DNA of 64,000 bases from an uncultured Actinomycetota bacterium (GTDB lineage Bacteria; Actinomycetota; Actinomycetes; Propionibacteriales; Nocardioidaceae), in assembly GCA_963807335.1 (NCBI GenBank), contig CAWEBT010000009.1, forward strand, positions 40,398 through 104,397, in the 5' to 3' direction. The position numbers were made by a program, and so were the translations under genes. Below, piece by piece: positions 24,825 through 37,167 of this stretch. Positions within the stretch are counted from its first letter, which is position 1; every line of letters begins with the position of its first letter. The notes beneath the pieces are model-generated. The model was not told the origin of the DNA. It was given only the letters and a program-made list of their open reading frames with translations, and searched no databases.

Positions 24825-25545
24825 GCGTCGGAAGAGTCCTGTCGTCCCCCTCGTCGTCGCCGCCGTAGCCGCCGTGCTGCTGGTCGCAAGCCTGGTGGGG
24901 GCGGCTCTTGGGGGCGGCGACGAGCCGTCCGGGGGGAGCAGCGCCAGCTCGGGTCGGGCCGGCGACCAGGAGAAGGCTCCGGACGCCGTCTGGGAGGAGC
25001 TGGTACGGCGCGAGCCGAACGACCCGATGGCCATCGGCGACGTGGACGCTCCGGTCGTCATGCTGGCGTACTCGGAGTTCCAGTGCCCCTTCTGCGGCAA
25101 GTTCGCGCGGGACACCGCGCCGACGCTGATCGAGGAGTACGTCGAGGCGGGCACGCTGCGCATCGAGTGGCGCGACTTCCCCTACCTGGGCCCGGAGTCC
25201 GGGACCGCCGCCCACGCCGGCCGAGCGGCTGCCGCCCAGGGCAGGTTCTGGGAGTTCCACGACGCCATGTACGCGGACCAGCAGCCGCCCAACTCCGGCA
25301 AGCTGGACGAGGGCTTCGTGGCCGGGGTGGCAGAGCAGATCGGGCTCGACGTCGACCGGTTCCGTGCGGACATGGAGTCGAAGGCGACGCAGCAGAGCGT
25401 CGCGGCGGACTTCGCCGAGGGGCAGGCCATCGGCGTCACCGGCACGCCGGCGTTCGTCATCAACGGGATCCCCGTCATGGGCGCCCAGCCGGTCGAGGTG
25501 TTCGAGGAGTCCATCGAACAGGCCGCCGAGGAGGCCGACGGGTGA
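24817..25545 (+). CDS. DsbA-family thioredoxin-fold thiol:disulfide oxidoreductase (membrane-anchored)
   Basis: N-terminal anchor VVPLVVAAVAAVLLVASLVG; active site EFQCPFCGKF; GTPAFVINGIPV. Start uncertain (GTG 24817 after ggagg, or 24802). Confidence 0.85.
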   Translation: MSERRKSPVVPLVVAAVAAVLLVASLVGAALGGGDEPSGGSSASSGRAGDQEKAPDAVWEELVRREPNDPMAIGDVDAPVVMLAYSEFQCPFCGKFARDTAPTLIEEYVEAGTLRIEWRDFPYLGPESGTAAHAGRAAAAQGRFWEFHDAMYADQQPPNSGKLDEGFVAGVAEQIGLDVDRFRADMESKATQQSVAADFAEGQAIGVTGTPAFVINGIPVMGAQPVEVFEESIEQAAEEADG

Positions 25546-26432
25546 CCGAGGTCGGCCTGCTCGCGGCCTTCGCGGCGGGCGTGCTCGCCCTGCTGTCGCC
25601 GTGCAGCGCTCTGCTGCTGCCGTCGTTCTTCGCCTATGCCTTCGCGAGCAGGCGTGCCCTGGTGGTGCGGACCCTCGTGTTCTACCTCGGCCTGCTGCTG
25701 ACGCTGGTGCCGTTGGGCACCGGCGCAGCAGCCGCCTCGACGATCTTCTACGGGCACCGGCCGCTGCTCATCGCACTGGCCGGCTGGATGATCATCGGCC
25801 TCGGGCTGCTGCAGATCGCCGGCAGGGGCTTCACGCTTCCGTTCGCCGAGCGCCTCAACACGGCCGTGGCTGCTCGGAGTGGTGACGGGTGGGTCTCGAC
25901 CCTGCTGCTGGGCACCGTCTACGGCCTGGCCGGGTTCTGCTCGGGACCGGTGCTCGGATCGATCCTCACGGTCGCGGCCACCCAGGACACCCCGTGGAGG
26001 GGTGGCGTCCTGCTCGCGGTGTACGCACTGGGCATGGCCGCCCCGCTGTTCGTGCTGGCCTCCCTCTGGGACCGCTACGACCTCGGGTCGCGGCGGTGGC
26101 TGCGCGGCCGGACCCACGAGCTGGGCCGGTGGCGGGTGCACACCGTCTCGCTCGTCTCCGGGATCTTCTTCGTCCTGATCGGGGCTGTGTTCCTCAGGTA
26201 CGACGGCACCGCGGGGATCACCGGATCCATCGGTCTGGGCGACTCGACCGACCTTGAGCTCCGCGCCCAGGAGCTCGTGACGCGTTGGCTCGGGGGAGTC
26301 CCGGGCTGGGCGGTGCTGGCGGCCGTCTGCGCCCTTGCTGGACTGGTGGCCTGGCGCCGTGCCCGCGCGAACGCGCCTGCAACCTCGCTCACGAGGCAGG
26401 AGCACGAGCAGGAAGGGGCGGGTCGATCGTGA
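25542..26432 (+). CDS. ccdA: CcdA/DsbD-type cytochrome-c-biogenesis-family membrane thiol reductant transporter
   Basis: GTG 25542 overlaps the upstream stop. LALLSPCSALLLPSF and GLAGFCSGPVLGSIL, the two conserved Cys-containing TM motifs of the DsbD_2 family. Confidence 0.85.
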   Translation: MTEVGLLAAFAAGVLALLSPCSALLLPSFFAYAFASRRALVVRTLVFYLGLLLTLVPLGTGAAAASTIFYGHRPLLIALAGWMIIGLGLLQIAGRGFTLPFAERLNTAVAARSGDGWVSTLLLGTVYGLAGFCSGPVLGSILTVAATQDTPWRGGVLLAVYALGMAAPLFVLASLWDRYDLGSRRWLRGRTHELGRWRVHTVSLVSGIFFVLIGAVFLRYDGTAGITGSIGLGDSTDLELRAQELVTRWLGGVPGWAVLAAVCALAGLVAWRRARANAPATSLTRQEHEQEGAGRS

Positions 26433-26450
26433 GACCGCGCGCCGGGGCCC

Positions 26451-26807
26451 TCAGCCGAGGAAGATGCTGGTGAGCTTCGCGCCGGGTCGCTCATCGGGGA
26501 CGTCGCCCTCATCCGCGAGGAACTCGCGCATCAGATCGATCGCGGTCAGGATCTTCCGGCTCCGCAACGAGTAGAAGACGCTGGTGCCGGCCCGCCTGGT
26601 CGTCACGATCCCGCGTTCGCGGAGGACAGCCAGGTGCTGGCTGGCGTTGGACTGGCTCACGCCGAGGGACTCGGCGATCTCGCCCACGCTGACCTCGCCG
26701 TCGCGCAGCACACTGATGATCAGCAACCGCTTCGGATCGGAGATCGCCTTGCACACCCGCTCGTGCAGGTCACGAAGCTCGGCCTCGAGGGTCTCGTTCA
26801 CGGTCAC
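26451..26807 (-). CDS. ArsR/SmtB-family transcriptional regulator
   Basis: CKAISDPKRLLIISVLRDGEVSVGEIAESLGVSQSNASQHLAVLRERGIVTTRRAGTSVFYSL. Last gene of the minus-strand persulfide dioxygenase operon. Confidence 0.85.
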   Translation of the reverse strand: MTVNETLEAELRDLHERVCKAISDPKRLLIISVLRDGEVSVGEIAESLGVSQSNASQHLAVLRERGIVTTRRAGTSVFYSLRSRKILTAIDLMREFLADEGDVPDERPGAKLTSIFLG

Positions 26808-26833
26808 CTCCTTGGCGCCACAGGACCATTAGT

Positions 26834-27184
26834 TTACCCCTGGACCAGGATCAGGCCGATGGCCATGACCGCGAGGAGAGACACGGTCGCCGACAGCAGC
26901 AGCAACGGCCGCGCGCGGTCGGTGTCGCTGCCTTCCTCGACGCGCGCCACGGTGCGCTCGTAGCGCAGCTCGCTGAGCACGAGCAGGGCCGTCGCCATGG
27001 CGAGCCCGAAGAGGCCGGGCGCCGCCGAGACGAGGCGGTCACCGGTCCCGTGGAGCAGGAGCGCTGAGACCCCGGCCACGCCGAGCGCGGTGCGCTGCCA
27101 GGCCATGGCGGTGCGTTCGGCCTGCAGCCCCGCATCGTGGTGAGGAGCGTCGCGTCCGTGGCTCCACAACCGGCGCAGCACCAT
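26834..27184 (-). CDS. DUF202 (YidH-like) membrane protein
   Basis: LQAERTAMAWQRTALGV signature plus three hydrophobic segments. Confidence 0.7.
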   Translation of the reverse strand: MVLRRLWSHGRDAPHHDAGLQAERTAMAWQRTALGVAGVSALLLHGTGDRLVSAAPGLFGLAMATALLVLSELRYERTVARVEEGSDTDRARPLLLLSATVSLLAVMAIGLILVQG

Positions 27185-27187
27185 GGC

Positions 27188-27571
27188 TCAGTCGACGAGG
27201 TCGGCGATGACGAGGGCGAGCGCGACCAGTGCGGCGCCCACCAGGCACCACGAAACGAGCCCCGGGACGAACGACCGGGGCAGCTGTCGCCCAAGGCGCA
27301 TCGCCCGTTCGTTGCGGCGCCAGTCGTGGTAGGAGATCCAGGAGAGGAACCCACCCAGTCCGATCAGCAGGAACCCGAGGGCATGGCGCATCAGGGTCAG
27401 GCCCGGCACGAAGCGGATCACCGCGACGCCGGCGGCCATCAGGGCCAGCGAGGTGCGGATCCAGGCGAGGAAGGTCCGTTCGTTGGCCAGCGTGAAGCGG
27501 TAGTCGGGGTCCGTTCCGGCATCCGGTCCGTGGTCGGAGGCCGGCTCACCCGGCCCTGGGTCGGCTGCCAT
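27188..27571 (-). CDS. DUF202 (YidH-like) membrane protein
   Basis: Start ATG 27571 (MAADPG). LANERTFLAWIRTSLALMAAGV signature. Confidence 0.75.
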   Translation of the reverse strand: MAADPGPGEPASDHGPDAGTDPDYRFTLANERTFLAWIRTSLALMAAGVAVIRFVPGLTLMRHALGFLLIGLGGFLSWISYHDWRRNERAMRLGRQLPRSFVPGLVSWCLVGAALVALALVIADLVD

Positions 27572-27603
27572 GGGTGTCCTCTCGACTCGGCGCCTCGGTC
27601 GGG

Positions 27604-28746
27604 TCAGGTCAGCGAGGTGGATGCGGCGCACTGGTTGCGCCCGACGTCGAGCACCGTCAGCTCGTCCTCGGGCGGGTGGAACTGCCCGGCGTTGACCAAC
27701 CGGATGGTGTCGTAGGTCGAGGGCGCCGCCGGCAGCGTGGCGACGATCTCCTCGACGAAGCGCTCGATGGCCCGCTCGTTAAGCAGGGTTGCCTCGAACA
27801 CGTGCCGAAGAGTCGTGGTCACGGTGCCGGCATCGTCGAACTCGTCTCGGCTGGACCAGTGGGCGGGCGCGATCACGGTGTCCGGGTCGAGCGGCTCGAG
27901 CCGGTCGTGGACGCTGCGGAACAGCGAGCGGGCCAGGTCCTCCGCCTGGCCGGTCAAGTCGGGTCGACCCAGGCCTCGGACGAAGATGGTGTCGCCCACC
28001 AGCAGCAGTCGCTCGCCCACCAGCAGCGCTGTGGTCCCGGGGGTGTGGCCGGGCAGGTGCATCGTCATGGCCCGCATCACGGTCTCGCCGCCCAGCGGGA
28101 GCTCCTCGCCGTCGACCAGGGCCCGGTTCGGGAAGGGGATCGCCTCGGGGCTGTCCTCCGGCGGGAGGTGGTACTCGACACCGAGCCGTCCGGCGAGAGC
28201 CGGGCCGCCACTGATGTGGTCGGCGTGCACGTGGGTGTCGATGACGTGGGTGACCGTCATCCGATGCGTCTCGGCGAGCTCGAGGTACGGCGCGTGGTGC
28301 CGGGCCGGGTCGACGATGATGCAGTTCTCGCCCGGGACGCCGATCACGTAGGACAGGCAGCCCTTGGCGGGACGCTGGAGCTGCCAGGCACGGGCCGGCT
28401 CAGGCAGTCCGTCCAGCTCGACGGGCACCAGGAGGATGGCCCACGCCTCCATGCCGCCGGCCAGCGATCGCGTCTCCTTGCCGAGGGCGTTGAACTCGTC
28501 GACCACGAGGGCCGAGCCGTTCCCGTGGGCACACACGATGATCGCCTCGTCCAGCGTGTCGGACGCGAACCGCTCGGGCTCCTCGAGAACCTCGTACACG
28601 GGCGCGTGCCGGGTCGCCACCTCCCGTGGACCTTCCAGCGTCTGGGCGGCGTACTCCTCGGAGTTGCGCACGTCGAGGATCTCGGAGACGCGGCCTCGCA
28701 GGATCTCTTCGTGGAGCTCCTTGGCTGAGATCGTCCAGGCTTCCAT
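27604..28746 (-). CDS. Rhodanese-like domain fused to a metallo-beta-lactamase-fold persulfide dioxygenase-like domain
   Basis: N-terminal ILDVRNSEEY...IIVCAHGNGS (rhodanese-like). VIDTHVHADHISGG (HxHxDH), GHTPG, C-terminal extension. Confidence 0.85.
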   Translation of the reverse strand: MEAWTISAKELHEEILRGRVSEILDVRNSEEYAAQTLEGPREVATRHAPVYEVLEEPERFASDTLDEAIIVCAHGNGSALVVDEFNALGKETRSLAGGMEAWAILLVPVELDGLPEPARAWQLQRPAKGCLSYVIGVPGENCIIVDPARHHAPYLELAETHRMTVTHVIDTHVHADHISGGPALAGRLGVEYHLPPEDSPEAIPFPNRALVDGEELPLGGETVMRAMTMHLPGHTPGTTALLVGERLLLVGDTIFVRGLGRPDLTGQAEDLARSLFRSVHDRLEPLDPDTVIAPAHWSSRDEFDDAGTVTTTLRHVFEATLLNERAIERFVEEIVATLPAAPSTYDTIRLVNAGQFHPPEDELTVLDVGRNQCAASTSLT

Positions 28747-28852
28747 GCGGCGTGTCCTTCCTCCGACCGAGGCCCTGCCGGATGCGTCCGCCGGAACCGC
28801 CGGTCCCGCCGTAATGTCCGGACAACTCGCGCCTCGAGGGCCTTGTTGTATG

Positions 28853-28862
28853 CGTGATCACG
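28853..28862. promoter_or_regulatory. 10-bp palindrome CGTGATCACG in the AT-richer divergent promoter between the dioxygenase operon and the dsrE-tusA-Mo-enzyme operon
   Basis: Read directly within ttgttgtatgCGTGATCACGaatgtagtgtgac. Candidate operator. Confidence 0.3.
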
Positions 28863-28918
28863 AATGTAGTGTGACGCGGAACACAGCGCAATCCCTCGTG
28901 CGACAGAAGGAAGCCGTC

Positions 28919-29422
28919 ATGACCGATGCAGTGCCGGAGGACGAAGCGCCCGAGAGCATGACGATCGTCGCGTGGAGCGGGGATCTCGACAAGATCTGGC
29001 CGACCCTGATCCTGGGCTCGACCGGGGCCGCCTACGGGATGAGGACGACCATCTTCTTCACCTTCTGGGGGCTCTTCCCGCTGGTCCGAGACGACGTGCG
29101 GATCACCGGGACGAACGCGATGACCAAGGCGCTCGCGGGGATGAACCCGCCGGGGGTCAGCCACATGAAGCTCTCCAAGCTCAACATGGGTGGAGCCGGC
29201 TCCTGGATGATGCGGAAGCTGGCGCGCGACAACAAGGTCGCCAGCCCCAAGGAGCTGCTCGAGATGTGCACCGAGCTCGGCGTCAACCTCTGGCCGTGCG
29301 AGATGACGATGGAGCTGATGGGGCTGCGCCAGGACCAGCTCATCGAGGGCGCCGGCGACCCGGTGGGCGCGGCGACCGCGCTCTCCGCGATGAGCCGCTC
29401 GCAGATCAACCTGTTCATCTGA
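28919..29422 (+). CDS. DsrE/DsrF-like sulfur-relay family protein
   Basis: Start ATG 28919 after aggaag. MTIVAWSGDLDKIWPTLILGSTGAAYGMRTTIFFTFWG ... LWPCEMTMELMG, typical of the DsrE2/3-like clade. Confidence 0.8.
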   Translation: MTDAVPEDEAPESMTIVAWSGDLDKIWPTLILGSTGAAYGMRTTIFFTFWGLFPLVRDDVRITGTNAMTKALAGMNPPGVSHMKLSKLNMGGAGSWMMRKLARDNKVASPKELLEMCTELGVNLWPCEMTMELMGLRQDQLIEGAGDPVGAATALSAMSRSQINLFI

Positions 29423-29464
29423 CCGCTGCTCGGCCTCGGGGTCGAGCCCAACGGAAGAAGACTC

Positions 29465-29698
29465 ATGGACCACAAGGTCGACGCAACCGTGGACGCCAAG
29501 GGCCAGAAGTGCCCGATGCCGGTGCTGCTCGTCTCGAGGGGCATCAAGTCCCTGAGCCCGGGTCAGGTGCTGCTGATCGAGGCGACCGACGGCGGCTCGC
29601 AGAGCGACATCCCGTCCTGGGCCAAGGACACCGGCAACGAGCTGCTGGAAAGCTCGGTGGACGACGGCGTCTACCGCTACCTCATCCGGAAGAGCTGA
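29465..29698 (+). CDS. tusA: TusA-family sulfurtransferase
   Basis: DAKGQKCPMPVL (CPxP active-site motif); 77 aa. Confidence 0.85.
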   Translation: MDHKVDATVDAKGQKCPMPVLLVSRGIKSLSPGQVLLIEATDGGSQSDIPSWAKDTGNELLESSVDDGVYRYLIRKS

Positions 29699-29702
29699 AG
29701 GG

Positions 29703-31220
29703 ATGCAGCTCGGGTTCGCCATCGACCAGCGCACCTGCATCGGCTGCCACGCCTGCACCGTGGCCTGCAAGACCGAGCACGACGTACCCCTCGGACAGTT
29801 CCGCACCTGGGTCAAGTACGTCGACGGCGGGTCCTTCCCGGACACCACGCGATCGTTCGGCGTCATGCGCTGCAACCACTGCACCGACGCACCCTGCGTG
29901 AAGATCTGCCCGACGGAGTCGTTGTTCAAGCGCGAGGACGGCATCGTCGACTTCGACCAGGAGCGCTGCATCGGCTGCAAGAGCTGCATGCAGGCCTGCC
30001 CGTACGACGCGATCTACATCGACAAGGACACCAGCACCGCCGCCAAGTGCAACCTGTGTGCCCACCGCGTCGACGAGGACCTCGAGCCGGCCTGCGTGGT
30101 GGTCTGCCCGACCCACTCGATCTGGGTGGGAGACCTCGACGACCCGACCAGCGGCATCGCGCGGCTGGTCAACGACCACCCCACCACCGTCCGCTCGCCC
30201 GAGCAGAACACCGGCCCGAACGTCTTCTACCTGGGCGCCGACCGGGCCGTGCTCGATCCGCTGGCGGCCCCGGTCGATGACACCTACATCTGGGCCAAGC
30301 CGGATCGGCAACGCCTCGAGAACGCGGGCGACCTGACGCCGGACCCGGCCACGAATGCCCGCACCACGCTGAACACCGCCCATCCGCGGCCCTGGGGCTG
30401 GAAGGTCACCACCTACCTGTGGACCAAGGGCGTGGGCGCGGGCGCGCTCGCCCTGGCCGGCCTGGCACACATCCTCGGCATCGACCTGGGGGCGGCCGGC
30501 GACTATGCGGCGCCCCTGCTGGGTCTCTTCGGGGCAGCCACGACCGGGGCCCTGCTGGTGTGGGACCTCAAGCGCCCCGAGCGCTTCTTGTACATCTTCT
30601 TGAAGTCCAACTGGACCTCGTGGCTGGTGCTCGGGGCGTACGTCTTGACGATCTTCTCCGGCGGCGCCGTCCTCTGGCTGGTGGCGGCCTGGTTGGAGGT
30701 CGGCTGGGCGATGACGGCGCTGGCGTGGCTGGCGCTGCCGGCCAGCGCGATGATGGCCGGCTACACGGCCTTCCTGTTCGGGCAGGCCGAGGGCCGCGAC
30801 CTCTGGCAGTCGCCGTTGCTCTTCTGGCACCTGCTGGTGCAGGCCGTCATGGTCGGCAGCGGGGCGCTGGCCGTCGCCGCGCTGTTCGCCGACCTCGACG
30901 ACGCCGCGTGGACGCTGCTCGCGGCCTCGTTCGTGGTCGCGTCGGTGCTGCACCTGCTGATGCTCGTCCTCGAGTACACCGGCAGCCATGCCACCGAGCA
31001 GGCCGCGGTGGCCGCTCGCATCGTCTGGTCGGGTCGCTACTCGCGGACCTTCTGGTACGGCGGGGTGGTCCCGGTGGCGGTGGCCGTCGCCCTGGGCGCA
31101 GTCGCCTGGGGACTCGAGAGTGCCTGGCTCCTCGCCGTCGCGGGTCTAGTCGTGCAACCGGCGCTGCTGGCCTACGAGAGCGTCTTCGTCCGGGCCGGCC
31201 AGGACGTCCCACTGTCGTGA
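29703..31220 (+). CDS. Fusion of a 4x[4Fe-4S] ferredoxin subunit (PsrB/DmsB/SoeB-like) with an NrfD/PsrC/SoeC-like polytopic membrane anchor
   Basis: CIGCHACTVACK, CNHCTDAPCVKICP, CIGCKSCMQACP, CNLCAHR...CVVVCP. From about aa 235 onward multiple TM helices (WKVTTYLWTKGVGAGALALAGLA...). Confidence 0.85.
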   Translation: MQLGFAIDQRTCIGCHACTVACKTEHDVPLGQFRTWVKYVDGGSFPDTTRSFGVMRCNHCTDAPCVKICPTESLFKREDGIVDFDQERCIGCKSCMQACPYDAIYIDKDTSTAAKCNLCAHRVDEDLEPACVVVCPTHSIWVGDLDDPTSGIARLVNDHPTTVRSPEQNTGPNVFYLGADRAVLDPLAAPVDDTYIWAKPDRQRLENAGDLTPDPATNARTTLNTAHPRPWGWKVTTYLWTKGVGAGALALAGLAHILGIDLGAAGDYAAPLLGLFGAATTGALLVWDLKRPERFLYIFLKSNWTSWLVLGAYVLTIFSGGAVLWLVAAWLEVGWAMTALAWLALPASAMMAGYTAFLFGQAEGRDLWQSPLLFWHLLVQAVMVGSGALAVAALFADLDDAAWTLLAASFVVASVLHLLMLVLEYTGSHATEQAAVAARIVWSGRYSRTFWYGGVVPVAVAVALGAVAWGLESAWLLAVAGLVVQPALLAYESVFVRAGQDVPLS

Positions 31221-31295
31221 TCTCCGGCGCCGCACACCGTTTCTGCCCACCTGTCAGCTCTTCTGTCAGCTCACCCCGCCTCGAAGGGACCTGCC

Positions 31296-34186
<2,891 letters not shown>

Positions 34187-34190
<4 letters not shown>

Positions 34191-35323
34191 GCCTGCTCTC
34201 CCGCAGCCGCCCCGGGTCCGCCGTGGACCTCGACGCGGTGCACGCGGCGCTGGCCGGCGTCGAGGACCCGGAGCTCAAGCTGCCCCTCCCGGACGCGGGC
34301 ATGGTCGGCGACGTGGAGCTGGGCAGGTCCGGGCTGGTCCGGGTCACCGTCCGGCTCACCACCGCCACCTGTCCGATGAAGGAGCGGCTGGTCGCCGACG
34401 TGACCGCGGCCGTCGCCGCAGTGGCCGGCGTGACGCGGGTCGAGGTCACCCTCGGAGCGATGAGCGAGGCCGCGCGGCTGCAGCTCGCCGGCAAGCTGCG
34501 GGGTGGCCGGGCCGAGGGGACCCACCCGTTCGGCGACGGCTCGACCACCAACGTGTACGCCGTCGCCAGCGGCAAGGGCGGGGTCGGCAAGTCGTCCGTC
34601 ACCGCCAACCTGGCGGTCGCCCTGGCCCAGCAGGGCCAGCGGGTCGGGGTGCTCGACGCGGACGTCTGGGGCTACTCGATCCCGCACCTGTTCGGCGTAC
34701 GCCGCTCACCCGTCGCGCTCAAGGGCGTCATGCTGCCCGTCGAGGCGCACGGCGTCGCCCTGATGTCGGTGGGCTTCTTCGTCGAGGAGGAGGAGCCCGT
34801 CGTCTGGCGGGGTCCGATGCTGCACAAGGCCCTCGAGCAGTTCCTGACCGACGTGCACTGGGGCGAGCTCGACACCCTGCTGCTCGACCTGCCGCCCGGG
34901 ACGGGCGACGTCACGCTGACGCTGCTCGACCTGATCCCCGACGCCCAGCTGCTGGCGGTCACCACACCCCAGCTGGCCGCCCAGACGGTGGCCGCCCGGG
35001 TGGGCCGGATGGCGCGGGACGCGCGGATGCCCATCGCGGGAGTCGTGGAGAACATGTCGGCCCTGGTGTGCCCTTCGTGCGCCGAGCACACCCCGATCTT
35101 CGGGGAGGGCGGTGGCGCCCGGCTCGCGGAGACCATCGCCGCACCGCTGCTCGGCCAGATCCCGCTCGACCTGCCACTGCGCACGTCCGGCGACCTCGGG
35201 GTGCCGGCAATGGTGGCCGCCCCCACCTCTGCCGCGGCGATGGAGATCCGACGGATCGCCGGCGAGCTGCCCGTCGTACGCCGGAGCCTGGTTGGTCGGG
35301 CGCTGCCGTTGTCGGTGGTCTGA
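34187..35323 (+). CDS. apbC: Mrp/ApbC/NBP35-type Fe-S cluster carrier ATPase with N-terminal DUF59 domain
   Basis: ATG 34187 overlaps the upstream TGA. DUF59-like VEDPELKLPLPDAGMVGDVEL; Walker A ASGKGGVGKSS; CPSC motif. Confidence 0.9.
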
Positions 35324-35342
35324 CCCGACGGCCCTGTTGACG

Positions 35343-36610
35343 TCAGCGCCATCCCCGGATGGTCGTCCAGGTCAGCCCGTCGTCCTCGGAGACCGCGACG
35401 GTGGCGTTCGCACTCGCGCGGACGAGGTTGCCCTGCGTCCACAGGCCGGCACCGGACGTCTCCGCCAGGCCCGCCCCCTGCTGCTCGTACACCTTCCGGA
35501 AGGGACCGCCGGACTCCTCCGCCCGCCACACCACGAGCCGCGGGTAGGTGCTGCAGGCCAACAGGTGCCGTCCGCAGTGCGCTGCACCTGCAAGTGCCGC
35601 GTGAGACCGGGCGCCGCGCGGGTGTCCCGCTCCCAGCTGGCGCCTCCGTCGCGGCTCGTGTAGAGATCGACGGTGGCGCCGTCGGGCACGGCCCAGAAGG
35701 ACATCACGCCGGGAGGGGAGCCTAGGAGGTAGTCGCCCACATGCGCCTCGGCGAGGGTGCGCACCTGTCGGCCGCTGTCGGTGTCCCACCAGGCCTCGAG
35801 GAGGCCGGACTCGCCCGTGGAGCGTGGCTCGGGATTGGCTCCCCAAGGGCTGTCGCCGGAGTCCGGCCTCGCCGCGGAGCCGTCCCACGCGGTGGGCCAC
35901 TCATGAACGGTCGCCGTGTCCGGATCGAGTGAGCACCAGGTGTCGCGCCAGCGGCCAACGCAGGGGAACCACCGCCGCGGGTCAGCGGGCCGGATCTCGT
36001 CGGCGACACGTGTCACGCTGCGTACGGTCCCGTCCACGTCGACCAGCCACTCACCCCCGTTGCTCCCGTCGACCACGAGGAACAGGCCGGCACGGGGGCT
36101 GGTCACCTGCAGGTCGACACCGACTTCGAACGGCGGGTGCACGTACGTGGTCGTTTGGTAGCCGTCGCTGGTCAGGGCGAGCGCCTCGAACGACGTGGGT
36201 GGACGCTGCGGGCAAGGCCTGGTGCAGGAGACGGACCAGATCGACAGCCTCGTGTCGGGATCGGTCGGGTCCACTGCCACAGTGGAGAGCAGGGTGTCAG
36301 GGTGAGCCACCACCTCCGGGAGGGTCATCGACTTGGGGAACGGGTTGGGCACCGGGGTGGGTATCGACGTGACGGTCCTGGTCGGCGAGGGCGCGGGCTC
36401 CACCGGATCCGGCGCGCCGCCGTTCCGGTTGATGGCGAACAGTGCGCCGCCTGCGGTCACGGCCGTGAGCACCGCTGCGGTGACCATCGAGGCCCTGCGC
36501 TGCTGACGCCTGCGTGCCTGCGAGCGGATCTCGTCAAGATCCACAGCAGGTGGGTCGACCCCGTCCGCCAGCCGTCGAGCCGCGCGCGTCAGTCGTTGGT
36601 CCAGGTTCAT
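35343..36610 (-). pseudogene. Membrane-anchored BNR-repeat (sialidase/propeller-like) protein downstream of an ECF sigma; reading frame broken near 35.58-35.60 kb
   Basis: Starts MNLDQRLTRAARRL... (ATG 36610, TGATG overlap with the sigma stop), with a TM segment MVTAAVLTAVTAGGALFAI. Coding-like signal runs in the frame of ORF 35372..37150 down to ...YTSRDGGASWERD. It then moves to the frame of ORF 35343..35900 (...LLACSTYPRLVVWRAEESGGPFRKVY...AVSEDDGLTWTTIRGWR*). Confidence 0.6.
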
Positions 36611-37167
36611 CAGGTCACCTCCTCCGCGGGCAGGTGGGACGCGACCGGCGGTTCGCCGAGCAGCTGGGCCAAGTGGAGGGAGGCGGCGTGGCTGTGGCTC
36701 TTCACCGTGCCTGGAGCCATGCCGAGCGTCACCGCGATCTGCGCCTCGGACATGTCCTCGTAGTACCGGAGCACGATCACCGCGCGCTGGCGACGAGGCA
36801 GGCTGAGCACCGCCGCCCACACGCGCTCGTGCTCGGGAACCTCGTCGACCCGACCACTCCAGGCCGGCTCGTCGTGCAACGTCACGAGGGACTCGTGCGA
36901 GGAGCGCTTGCGCCACCAGGACACCGCTTGGTTCATCACGATCTTGCGCGCATAGCCAACCGGGTGGTCCATGGTGTCCACCCGCGGCCAGTGTTGGTAG
37001 ACGCGGATCAAGGCGCTCTGGAGGACATCCTCGGCTCGCTGGTAGTCGCCCGTCATGAGGTACGCGGTCCGGAACAACGAGGCCGTGTGCGTGCGCACGA
37101 ACTCGGTGAACCGGTCCTCGTCGCCCTGTTGCACGTCGCCTCCTCGCCACGACCTGCCCGAGAACAC
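36610..37167 (-). CDS. ECF (SigE-type) RNA polymerase sigma factor
   Basis: Region 2 FTEFVRTHTASLFRTAYLMTGDYQRAEDVLQSALIRVYQHW; region 4 LPRRQRAVIVLRYYEDMSEAQIAVTLGMAPGTVKSH. Likely start GTG 37134 after gaggagg. Confidence 0.85.
   Translation of the reverse strand: MFSGRSWRGGDVQQGDEDRFTEFVRTHTASLFRTAYLMTGDYQRAEDVLQSALIRVYQHWPRVDTMDHPVGYARKIVMNQAVSWWRKRSSHESLVTLHDEPAWSGRVDEVPEHERVWAAVLSLPRRQRAVIVLRYYEDMSEAQIAVTLGMAPGTVKSHSHAASLHLAQLLGEPPVASHLPAEEVT

Noticed and set aside
26451-26807. Calling the 118-aa ArsR a BigR/SqrR-type two-cysteine persulfide sensor
   Set aside because: It contains a single cysteine (C19), so the canonical intramolecular di/tetrasulfide switch cannot be assumed. It is kept as a generic ArsR-family regulator.
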